Assembly: GCA_963835335.1 (NCBI GenBank)
Contig: CAWIFB010000030.1
Location: 13,017-77,016, forward strand
DNA length: 64,000 nt
From: an uncultured Chloroflexia bacterium
GTDB lineage: Bacteria; Chloroflexota; Limnocylindria; Limnocylindrales; CSP1-4
Reading direction: 5' to 3'
Shown here: piece after piece, positions 26,245 through 34,736 of the stretch
Position numbering within the stretch: position 1 is the stretch's first letter
Layout: each line of letters starts with the position of its first letter
The notes under the pieces: model-generated
Seen by the model: only the letters and a program-made list of their open reading frames with translations
What the model was told of the DNA's origin: nothing
The model's database searches: none
Translations under genes and position numbers: made by a program

Positions 26245-26584
26245 GCCACCACCATTCGATCGACGAGCTCCGCGATGGCTCCGCGGATCGCAGGATCCTC
26301 GACCGACCGCGTCCGGTTGCCCTGGCCGGGCCGGAGGTTGATCATCGAGTCGAACTCGAGGAAGTCCGCTGTCCCGTGCTCGGTTGGGTAGAGGTTGATG
26401 CCCAGAGATCGGTCTGGGCGGAGCCGGCGTCGAGGAGCAGTGCCTCGAGGTCGCTGTGCATGCCGGCGTCGACCGCGAGCAGCCCGCGGCGCACGTCGGC
26501 GACGGCCTTCACGAGGTCGACGAACGTGGCCTCGGCCATGGTTGAGAGCTCTGCGACGGTGATCCGTCCCGCAACGATCTGCAT
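26241..26584 (-). pseudogene. Small conserved protein (resembles the family I recall as DUF5674) split by a 1-nt frameshift
   Basis: The N-terminal part MQIVAGRITVAELSTMAEATFVDLVKAV..DAGSAQTDLW continues sensibly only in another frame, as GINLYPTEHGTADFLEFDSMINLRPGQGNRTRSV... The junction is at a G/C run near 26399-26404. Confidence 0.55.
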
Positions 26585-26720
26585 GGCCCGATGTTCGTTG
26601 CCCCGGGCGTCTTCCGCAAGCGAGCGGCGTGGCAGTCACCCGAGGCAGCGGGTCTCGCCTGCGGCGATGTCTCAAGCCATCGCGTACCCGTCCGAGCACG
26701 GGCTGGTCCCGAGGCGAACG

Positions 26721-26759
26721 GAAACTGGTCCGCCCGTTCAGCCAGGGCGGACCAGTTTC
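26721..26759 (-). terminator. Strong hairpin downstream of CDS 26795-27112
   Basis: Perfect 15-bp stem GAAACTGGTCCGCCC / GGGCGGACCAGTTTC with a 9-nt loop, 36 nt past the stop. The U-tract is weak. Confidence 0.6.
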
Positions 26760-26794
26760 TCGCAGGTCGTGAGCGAGCCGGGTGGCTGGAGCGG

Positions 26795-27112
26795 TCAGGC
26801 CGGGACGGCCGCCAGCTCGCCGACGATGAAGCCCAGCCGGCCCGTCCTGTCGTCCACGAGATGTCCGAGGTCGGCGATGTTGGCCGCCGTCCAGGTACCC
26901 GCCGCAGCCATCGCCGTGTCGGCCGCTTCGGCAGAGGTCCAGACGCTGATCGAGCAGTTCGTGCCGTCGCCGAGATTGGCGAAGGTGTAGGCGACGAAGC
27001 CAGGCGATGCACGGAAGACGTCGGCGAGCCCTCCGGGGGCCTGGATGATGGCGCAGAGGTCCTCGAACGTGCCGCGGGTCTGCTTGTAGGTCGCGATCCG
27101 AACGTGCTGCAT
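26795..27112 (-). CDS. Small ABM-like (dimeric alpha/beta-barrel) protein, 105 aa
   Basis: ATG at 27112 after GAGGAG. The size and pattern (MQHVRIATYK..GFVAYTF..ISVWTSAEAAD) suggest an antibiotic-biosynthesis-monooxygenase-like fold. Confidence 0.5.
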   Translation of the reverse strand: MQHVRIATYKQTRGTFEDLCAIIQAPGGLADVFRASPGFVAYTFANLGDGTNCSISVWTSAEAADTAMAAAGTWTAANIADLGHLVDDRTGRLGFIVGELAAVPA

Positions 27113-27253
27113 GTCGCTCTCCTCGTGGTGCCGCGGCGGGTGTCGCGGGATCGGTGCCACCGTATGGGCCCGGACCCCATCGCCGGAATGACCCGGGAGG
27201 TGAGAGTTCACCTTGCCCTGGGGTAAGGTTCGGGCGAGGAGGACGGGCACGAG

Positions 27254-29006
27254 GTGGATGCTCCCGAGGTGCGGGCGAGGTCGATGCCGGCGCTCACGCG
27301 CCGTGAGCGCGATGTGCTGGAAGCGCTGTGCAGGCCGTTGGCAGCGGAGCGGCCCGTCGCGATGCCCGCCTCGATCCGTGAGATCGCGGCCGAGCTCGTG
27401 GTGACGGAGGCCGCCGTCAAGCAGCACCTCCTGAACCTGTACGACAAGCTCGGGGTCGCGCGAGGGGACGGAGAGCCGGCGGATCGCCCTGGCGCGCGAG
27501 GCGGTGATGCGGGGCTTCCTGCCCGGTGTCGGGCCGCCGGCGCGCGCCGGCACGAGCAGGCTCGACGCGGGACGCGCCGCCGCGAGGAACCGCGCGTGGG
27601 ATGACGCGTACGCTGCGCTCTCCGAGGCGGCTGCGGTGCAGTCGCTCGACGTCGCCGACCTCGAGCTGCTCGGCGACGCCGCGACGTGGACCGGACGGTT
27701 CGACGCCTCGACGGCGGCTCGTGAGCAGGCGTACGCCGCGTACCTCTCCCTGGCTGATCGCCGGTCGGCCGCCCGCGTCGCCCTCGGGCTCGGGTGGAAT
27801 GCCGCCGTCACGCTCCGCTTTTCGATCGTCGCCGGCTGGATGGCGTCGGCAGGTCGATTGCTGGCAGCCGAGGCACACGGGGACGACGGCGAGGCACCCG
27901 TCTGGCCCGAGCACGGGCTGATGCTGTCCCTCATGGCCCTGAATGAGCTGAGCACGGGACAGCTCGAACCCGGCTTGGAGCATGCACGTGCTGCGTTCGA
28001 CATCGGGCGGCGGACCGGCGACCCGGACATCCAGGCCCTGGGCCTCGTGTTCCAGGGCTTCGGGCTCGTCCACCAGGGGCGGCTCGACGAGGGTCGCGCG
28101 CTCCTCGACGAGGCGATGGCGAGCGCAACGGCAGGCCACCTCGGGACCCTCGCGCAGGGGATGGTCTACTGCCGGACGCTGAGCGCCTGCCTCGACACGT
28201 TCGACTTCCGACGGGCCATCGAGTGGACCGAGGAGATCGAGCGGCGTGCGCCGTCGGTCGGGACCGTGGGGTTCCCGGGAGACTGCCGGACGCACCGGGC
28301 TGCCGTGCTCGTCGTGCGCGGCGACTGGCCTCGCGGCGCTGAGGAGGCGGAAGCTGCGGCGGCCGAGTCGCGTGCCTACGACCTCGGCCACACGGTCCAG
28401 GCGCTCACCGCGCTCGGAGAGATCCGCCTGCGGCAGGGTGACCTCGCCGCGGCCCATGACGCCTTTGACCGCGCCGCCGACCTCGGCCTGCCGCCGGGGC
28501 CGGGGTATGCGCTGGTGCTCCTCGCCGAAGGTGATGCGCGTGGAGCGCTCCAGGCCATCGCCCGCGCCCTGGGCGGCGCCGGCGAACCGTTGAGCCGAGC
28601 CCGCTACCTTCCTGCCGCCATCGAGATCGCGCTCGCCGCGGACGACCTCGATCAGGCGCGCACGTCCTGCGCTGACCTCGCGGAGATCGCCGACGCGTTT
28701 CCGGGCCCGGCGCTCGCGGCGACACTGGCCGCGTGTCGGGCTGCCGTCTCGTTGGCGGCCGGCGACGCGTCGGAAGCGATCGATCTCGCCCGAGATGCAG
28801 CGCGGCGTTGGCGTTCGGTCGGCGCTCCCTATGAGGTAGCGCGGTGTCGGATGCAGGTGGCGACCGCGGCCGCAGCTCTCGGCGACCGCGACGACGCTGT
28901 TCGCGAGGCTCGGGCCGCACTCGCGTCGTTCTCAACGCTCGGGGCGCAGCGGGACATGAAAGCGGCTGCTGATCTCCTCGATCACCTCGACCGACTCGCG
29001 ACGTAG
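27254..29006 (+). pseudogene. LuxR-type HTH + TPR-like regulator, apparently frameshifted near 27465-27480 (alternatively two genes, 27254-27604 and 27504-29006)
   Basis: The GerE-type HTH (LTRRERDVLEAL..SIREIAAELVVTEAAVKQHLLNLYDKLGV) ends in an Arg-rich nonsense tail. The other frame continues as SRRIALAREAVMRGFL into a ~490-aa helical-repeat domain. Confidence 0.45.
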
Positions 29007-29045
29007 CGAGGCGCGCGCCGGCGTCACGCAGCGTCACATTCGAGC

Positions 29046-29525
29046 ATGCTTCCAAGGACGGTATCGGCGATTCGTCGGCGCCCCACGGCCGGTACACTGC
29101 GGAGCCCCCGTGAGAGAGAGCCCTTGACCGAGATCGCCGCCATTATCGCCGCGCTGCTGTTCGCTGCCGTGGCCGCCCTCCAGGCCGCGCTGGCTCTCGG
29201 CGCTCCTCTCGGCGGCTACGTGCTCGGCGGCAGGAACCCCGGGCGGCTACCGGCGCGACTCCGGGTGTTCAGCGGCATCGCCGCCGTGATCCTCGTCGTC
29301 GCGGCGCTCATCGTCGTCGCGCAGGCCGGGGTCATCCCGTCGTCGCCGGTGCCCGAGGAACTCCTCGCGCCCGCGACCTGGGTCGTCGCCGGCTTCATGG
29401 TCCTCAACACGGCCGCCAACCTCGCGTCCCGGAACACGTTCGAGCGGTACGCCTTCGGCGGGGCGACCGGAGCCTGTGCGGTCCTGTCCGCCTTCGTCGC
29501 CCTGACCGGGAGCGGTCCCGGCTGA
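29046..29525 (+). CDS. Hypothetical integral membrane protein
   Basis: Four predicted TM segments. The real start is possibly the in-frame TTG at 29124, after a GAGAGAGAG tract. Confidence 0.5.
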   Translation: MLPRTVSAIRRRPTAGTLRSPREREPLTEIAAIIAALLFAAVAALQAALALGAPLGGYVLGGRNPGRLPARLRVFSGIAAVILVVAALIVVAQAGVIPSSPVPEELLAPATWVVAGFMVLNTAANLASRNTFERYAFGGATGACAVLSAFVALTGSGPG

Positions 29526-29605
29526 CGTGCGCGATGCGGATCGGCGCTATCCCCGTGGGATCTCGCCGGAGCGGATCAGGTCACCGAGGCTCATGCACGC
29601 ACACG

Positions 29606-30328
29606 TCAGATCGTCGGTGGGACGGACCTGCCCGGGAACAGCAGCCTGAACTGCTTCGCGTACTGGCGCTTGCCGACGAGGCGCCAGAGCACCCTCACGG
29701 AGAGCGGCATGCCCGCGTAGAAACGCTGGCGGTCCGCCGGCGTGGAGTTCGCAAGCAGCATCCCGAGCTGCGGCAGGAGTCGGCTCTTCGGGATCACCCC
29801 GACACTGTGGTCGGCCATCGCGGTCCACTCTTCCGTGGTGACCACCCGCTCCGCGACCGGGATGACCTCCACCACCTCGCGGCGCAGGTGGACCTTGAGC
29901 ACCTCGAGCATCCGCTCGTAGGCATCGGCAAGCTGCTCGCCGACCGCCGGGTCGGCCGTTGCGCGCCATCGGGCGAGGAGGGGACTCGCCTCCGCGAGCA
30001 GCTGCGCGACCTGCGCGTGATGCGCGCGCATCTGGCCGACGTGCAGCGCGCAGGCGGGAGCGCGCTGCTCGAGCTTGTCCCACAGGAGCTCGTCCTCGCT
30101 CTCGTGATGGATGTGCAGCGTCGCGTCGAGATCGGCGAGCCACTGACCGAGGAACTCGCTGCGCGCCACGTCACCGGCGGGAGCGTCGCGCACCATTCGG
30201 GGCGCCTCTTCGTATCCCCACAGGAACGCGTTGTGCAGGATGCGCATGTCGTCGCCGTCGCACAGCTTCGGCCCGTCAGGAACGGGCGGAGCGGTCTCAC
30301 CGGGCAGGGAGACGTACTCCATGGTCAT
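29606..30328 (-). CDS. Hemerythrin (HHE cation-binding) domain protein
   Basis: LHIHHESEDELLWDKL, MRAHHAQV and LKVHLRREV helices carry the His/Glu ligand pattern of hemerythrin-like domains. Confidence 0.7.
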   Translation of the reverse strand: MTMEYVSLPGETAPPVPDGPKLCDGDDMRILHNAFLWGYEEAPRMVRDAPAGDVARSEFLGQWLADLDATLHIHHESEDELLWDKLEQRAPACALHVGQMRAHHAQVAQLLAEASPLLARWRATADPAVGEQLADAYERMLEVLKVHLRREVVEVIPVAERVVTTEEWTAMADHSVGVIPKSRLLPQLGMLLANSTPADRQRFYAGMPLSVRVLWRLVGKRQYAKQFRLLFPGRSVPPTI

Positions 30329-30555
30329 GAACGGACCTCCTGGGGGCGGGCTGGCTCGTCCACAAGTCTACGGTCCACGACCGCCAGGCGATTCGCCGTT
30401 CCTCCTTCCCGGGACGCCCGGCGGCTGCCAGGTAACAGGTCAGGATACGCCGTCGATATCCCCTGAGTCGGGTCGCCCGTCCGAGCGCTTGCGGCGCACG
30501 TTATCCTCGGCCGGAGGCCCGCGCAGGCTGGCCCACCATCGGACGTGAGGGACCC

Positions 30556-30975
30556 ATGGCTGCCGATCCCAAGCTCGATCGCCTTCGTTCCGTCCCACTG
30601 TTCTCGGGCCTCGGGTCGCGGGAGATCGAGCACCTGGGACAGCTGACCGACGAGGTCGACGTGGCGGCCGGCCACGTCCTGATGCGCCAGGGCGATCGCG
30701 GCAACGAGATGTTCCTGGTGGTCAGCGGCAAGGTCTCCGTGGAACGAGATGGGCGGGTCCTGGGAGAGCGCGGCGCAGGAACCGTGCTGGGCGAGATCGC
30801 GCTCCTTGCCGAGACTCCCCGGACGGCGACGGTCACCGCGCTCGAGCCGTCGCGACTGTTCGTCGTCGGCCATCGCGAGTTCCATTCCCTGATGGACCAG
30901 ATGCCGTCGGTGAGGACCGCGGTGCTCGAGGTGCTCGCGAGCCGGATCGCCGCCCTGGATCCCGACGCGTCCTGA
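30556..30975 (+). CDS. Stand-alone cyclic-nucleotide-binding domain protein
   Basis: LRSVPLFSGL..., GDRGNEMFLVVSGKV, and GEIALL...PRTATV phosphate-binding cassette. No DNA-binding domain follows. Confidence 0.85.
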   Translation: MAADPKLDRLRSVPLFSGLGSREIEHLGQLTDEVDVAAGHVLMRQGDRGNEMFLVVSGKVSVERDGRVLGERGAGTVLGEIALLAETPRTATVTALEPSRLFVVGHREFHSLMDQMPSVRTAVLEVLASRIAALDPDAS

Positions 30976-31055
30976 CCGCCGCCCCGTCGCGGGAAGCCCG
31001 CGGCGTCGTCCACACGCCGACCTGACGCCCGGCCTCGGCTGATACCCTGCGCCGC

Positions 31056-32318
31056 GTGCGACGCATCGCGGCCCTGATCACCCGGACCGTGGCGCCGGCG
31101 AGGCTGGGCCGGCCCTTCCGATGGCTCCTGGCGGCGTCGCTGGTCACCAACGTCGGCGATGGCATCGCGCTGGCGGCGGGTCCGCTGCTGATCGCGTCGC
31201 AGACGCGCGATCCGTTCCTGGTTTCGATGGCGGTGCTCAGCCAGTACCTGCCCAACCTGCTGTTCGGCGTCGTGGCGGGGGCAACGGCGGACCGGTTCGA
31301 CCGCCGGCGGATCGTCGCTGCCGTCAACCTGGCTCGCGCGATCGTTCTCGGTGCCCTTGCCATGACCATCGCCAGCGGCAGCGTCAGCATCGCGATCGTG
31401 CTGGTGGCGCTGTTCGTGCTGGGCACCGCCGAGTCGTTCGCGGACGTGTCCAGCCAGAGCCTGCTGCCGCGCCTGGTCCGGCGCGAGGACCTGGGCCTGG
31501 CCAACGCGCGGCTCCAGGGCTCGTTCCTGCTGACCAACCAGCTCCTGGCACCGCCCATCGGGGCGTTCCTGTTCGCGATCGGGATGGCGCTCCCGTTCGC
31601 CACCAACGCCGCCTGCTTTGCCCTCGGCGCGGTCCTTGTGCTGCGGGTCACGCTGGATGCGTCGACGGCGACGGAGCGATCCGGAAACACCTTCCGGGCC
31701 GACATGGTCGAGGGCATCCGGTGGCTCATCGGGCATCCGCCGATGCGCACGCTCGCGCTCACGATCGTCGCGTTCAACGTCACGTTCGGTGCCGCCTGGT
31801 CGGTCCTCGTCCTGTATGCGGGCGAGCGGCTGGGCATGGACGAGGTCGGATTCGGGCTGATGACGACCGCGGTGGCGATCGGCGGCGTGGTGGGCACCGT
31901 GTCCTACGGCCGCCTCGAGCGCCGGTTCTCCCTGGCGAACATCATGCGGGTGGGGCTGCTGATCGAGACCGGGACGCATCTCACCCTGGCGCTGACGACG
32001 TCGGCGACGGTCGCGCTGGTCGCGCTCGCGGTCTTCGGCGCCCACGCGTTCGTGTGGGGGACGACATCGACCGTCGTCCGGCAGCGAGCGGTGCCCGACG
32101 CGCTGCTCGGCCGGGTCACCGGCGTCTACGGCGTCGCATTGGTGGGCGGGATCGTGGTCGGGACGCCGATCGGCGGACTGCTCGCCCGGACGTACGGGAT
32201 CACGGCCCCGTTCTGGTTCGGGTTCGCGGGCTCGGCGCTGCTGGTGGCCGTCCTGTGGCGCCAGTTCGAGCACATCGTCCACGCCGGCGACGTGCACGAG
32301 GCGCCGTCGGGCACCTGA
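31056..32318 (+). CDS. MFS transporter (EntS/DUF894-like)
   Basis: About 12 TM segments and the motif VAGATADRFDRRRIV in loop 2-3. Confidence 0.8.
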   Translation: MRRIAALITRTVAPARLGRPFRWLLAASLVTNVGDGIALAAGPLLIASQTRDPFLVSMAVLSQYLPNLLFGVVAGATADRFDRRRIVAAVNLARAIVLGALAMTIASGSVSIAIVLVALFVLGTAESFADVSSQSLLPRLVRREDLGLANARLQGSFLLTNQLLAPPIGAFLFAIGMALPFATNAACFALGAVLVLRVTLDASTATERSGNTFRADMVEGIRWLIGHPPMRTLALTIVAFNVTFGAAWSVLVLYAGERLGMDEVGFGLMTTAVAIGGVVGTVSYGRLERRFSLANIMRVGLLIETGTHLTLALTTSATVALVALAVFGAHAFVWGTTSTVVRQRAVPDALLGRVTGVYGVALVGGIVVGTPIGGLLARTYGITAPFWFGFAGSALLVAVLWRQFEHIVHAGDVHEAPSGT

Positions 32319-32321
32319 CCG

Positions 32322-32957
32322 TCAGCCGGTCGATGGGGTCCGGGTTGCCTCGCCGGCGACCGAGGCGGGCAGGGGATCGAGCAGGTAGCGCCGCACGACG
32401 GGCGTGATCCACGCCGCGAGCTCGGCGGGCTCGAGGCTTGCCAGCGGCTCGATCCGGAGGACGTTCCGGGCCAGCACGAGCCCGGCGGTCAGGGAGGCGA
32501 GCAGGGAAGCGCGGAGCTCGGGCTGGTCGGCGCCGATCTGCTCGGCAATCGGCCTCAGCATCCGCTCCGTCAGGAACTCCCGGGCCATGACCGACGCCTC
32601 CGGGTCCGATGCCGCGGCACGGACGAGCCCGGATGTCACGCGCTGGAACTGCTCGTCCACGAGCGAGCCCGCGAGGAACTCGGCCAGGGCCCGGGCCGGA
32701 TCGTCGCCGGAGCGCAGGACGGCGGGCAGGAGCACGCGGGGATCGGCCGGGGGCTCCACCACCTCCAGGAACAGGCGCTGCTTGGACCCGAAGTAGTGGG
32801 TGACCAGGCGCGAGTCCACGCCGGCGTCGTCGGCGATGCCGCGGACCGTGGTGCGGTCGTAGCCAAGCTCAGCGAACAGGCGGCCGGCGGAGGCCAGGAT
32901 CTGATCGCGGGTCCTGGGCCGGCCCGGCCGGCGGCCCGGTCGCACGGTGTCAGTCAC
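32322..32957 (-). CDS. TetR-family transcriptional regulator
   Basis: N-terminal HTH RDQILASAGRLFAELGYDRTTVRGIADDAGVDSRLVTHYFGSKQ. Confidence 0.9.
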   Translation of the reverse strand: MTDTVRPGRRPGRPRTRDQILASAGRLFAELGYDRTTVRGIADDAGVDSRLVTHYFGSKQRLFLEVVEPPADPRVLLPAVLRSGDDPARALAEFLAGSLVDEQFQRVTSGLVRAAASDPEASVMAREFLTERMLRPIAEQIGADQPELRASLLASLTAGLVLARNVLRIEPLASLEPAELAAWITPVVRRYLLDPLPASVAGEATRTPSTG

Positions 32958-32998
32958 GTCTCAATCGTGCCCCAGTTCACGAAGGTGTGCGTCGAGGG

Positions 32999-33038
32999 TT
33001 GACGGCGATAGAGGGTTTGACGGCGAGAGTTGACGGCG
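32999..33038 (+). repeat. Three direct copies of TTGACGGCG in the TetR/MFS divergent promoter region
   Basis: TTGACGGCG occurs at 32999-33007, 33017-33025 and 33030-33038. Each contains a -35-like TTGACG. Confidence 0.7.
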
Positions 33039-33046
33039 TCTGTACT

Positions 33047-33066
33047 ATATCCACATACGTGGAAAT
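33047..33066. promoter_or_regulatory. Candidate TetR operator (inverted repeat)
   Basis: ATATCCAC-ATAC-GTGGAAAT has 7 of 8 arm positions complementary. It sits in an unusually AT-rich stretch just before the AGGAGAAG Shine-Dalgarno of the MFS gene. Confidence 0.45.
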
Positions 33067-33078
33067 AGGAGAAGAGAA

Positions 33079-34659
33079 ATGCCTGCGTCCCTCGAGACGG
33101 TGATCGTCAGCCCCCGCAGACGGCGTGCGGTCCTGGGTGTCGTCGCCGTGTCCCTGATGATGGTGGTGTCCGCCGTCAGCGGCCTCAACGTCGCCCTGCC
33201 CAGCCTGGCCACCGAGACCGGTGCCACGCAGTCGGAGCTGCAGTGGATCGTCGATGCCTACACCGTCGTGTTCGCCGGCCTGCTGCTGTTCGCGGGAGCG
33301 GTGGGGGACCGGTTCGGACGTCGCGAGACCCTCATGGGTGGCCTCGCGGTGTTCGGGCTGTCGGCCTTCGGCGCGATGTTCACGTCGGACCCGACGGTCC
33401 TGATCGGGCTCCGCGCCGGGATGGGGATCGGGGCCGCGTTCGTGATGCCGACGACGCTGTCGGTGATCACGACCTCGTTCCCCGCCGATGAGCGCGGGCG
33501 CGCCGTCGGGGTGTGGGTCGGGGTCGCGGGCGGCGGGGCGGTGCTGGGCCTGTTCGGGGCCGGCCTGCTGCTCGAATGGTTCTCGTGGAACTCGTTCTTC
33601 GCCCTCAACGTGGCGCTCGCGCTGATCGCGCTGGTGGGGACGGTCGCGGTCATCCCGACCAGCCGCGACGCCGATCCGCCGGCGCTCAACGCGGGCAGCG
33701 CCGTGCTGTCGCTGATCGGGATCTCGGCGCTCGTGTTCGGGATCATCGAAGGCCCCACGTCGGGCTGGGACGATCCGTCGGTCGTCGTCGCCCTGGTCGG
33801 CGGAGCCGTCGCCCTGGCCCTGTTCGTGGCCGTCGAGCTGCGCGCCGATGCCCCGATGCTCGACCCGCGGCTGTTCCTGCTCCGCGGCTTCGGCACCGGA
33901 TCGCTGTCGATCGCGGCGCAGTTCTTCTCTGCCTTCGGCTTCTTCTTCATCGTGATGCAGTACCTGCAGTTCGTGAACGGCTTCTCGCCGCTCGGCGCCG
34001 CCGCCGCGCTGCTGCCGATGCCGTTCGTGCTGATCCCGACGGCGCGCGTCGCGCCGCGGCTGGCCGATCGATTCGGGTTCTCCCGTGTCGGCGCGCTGGG
34101 GCTCACGCTGATCGCCGCCGGGTTCTTCGTGATCTCCGCGCTCGGCCCTGACCTCGTGTACTGGCAGTTCGCGATCGGCGTCGTGCTGTTCGCGATGGGC
34201 ATGGGCCTGGCCGGCACGCCGGCGACCACGGCGATCGTGTCCTCGCTGCCCGCCGCCAAACAGGGCGTCGCGTCCGCCGTCAACGACACCGCCCGCGAGG
34301 TGGGCAGCGCGTTCGGGATCGCGATCCTGGGCAGCGTGCTCAACAGCACGTACCGCGACGCGATGGCCGGAGCGGTTGCCGGGCTGCCGCCGCAGGTGGC
34401 GGAGGCGGCACGGAGCTCGATCGCGTTCGTCCAGTTCGGGCCGGTCGAACAGCTGGGCGATCGCGGTGCGGCGCTCGTGACCGCCGCCAACGGGGCGTTT
34501 GCGAGCGGGGTGTCTGCGGCCGTCCTGACCGCCAGCGTCGTGCTCATCGGCGCGGCGCTCGTCGTGCTTGCGTTCGGACCCCGCGGTGCTGCGGCGGGGG
34601 CGGCCGTCGCGGCCGATCCCTTCGACGAGACCGCGGAGCTGGAGGCCGCTGCCGGGTAG
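33079..34659 (+). CDS. DHA2 (EmrB/QacA-type, 14-TM) MFS drug-efflux transporter
   Basis: Motifs LNVALPSLA, GDRFGRR and many TM segments. It is divergent from the TetR gene. Confidence 0.9.
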   Translation: MPASLETVIVSPRRRRAVLGVVAVSLMMVVSAVSGLNVALPSLATETGATQSELQWIVDAYTVVFAGLLLFAGAVGDRFGRRETLMGGLAVFGLSAFGAMFTSDPTVLIGLRAGMGIGAAFVMPTTLSVITTSFPADERGRAVGVWVGVAGGGAVLGLFGAGLLLEWFSWNSFFALNVALALIALVGTVAVIPTSRDADPPALNAGSAVLSLIGISALVFGIIEGPTSGWDDPSVVVALVGGAVALALFVAVELRADAPMLDPRLFLLRGFGTGSLSIAAQFFSAFGFFFIVMQYLQFVNGFSPLGAAAALLPMPFVLIPTARVAPRLADRFGFSRVGALGLTLIAAGFFVISALGPDLVYWQFAIGVVLFAMGMGLAGTPATTAIVSSLPAAKQGVASAVNDTAREVGSAFGIAILGSVLNSTYRDAMAGAVAGLPPQVAEAARSSIAFVQFGPVEQLGDRGAALVTAANGAFASGVSAAVLTASVVLIGAALVVLAFGPRGAAAGAAVAADPFDETAELEAAAG

Positions 34660-34683
34660 TCGCGAGCGCCGCCGGTAACAGAA

Positions 34684-34709
34684 GAGGCCCGCCGTTGCCG
34701 GCGGGCCTC
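34684..34709. terminator. Bidirectional hairpin between convergent genes
   Basis: Perfect 10-bp stem GAGGCCCGCC / GGCGGGCCTC with loop GTTGCC. It is followed by GTTCGTTCTGT on the plus strand and TCTTCTGTT on the minus strand. Confidence 0.65.
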
Positions 34710-34736
34710 GTTCGTTCTGTGGAGCTCAGGCCCGGG

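Noticed and set aside
22881-29006. Calling the tRNA-Arg-adjacent region an integrative element or prophage remnant
   Set aside because: There is no integrase, recombinase or phage gene, and I saw no repeat of the tRNA 3' end. I report it only as a compositional and decay observation.
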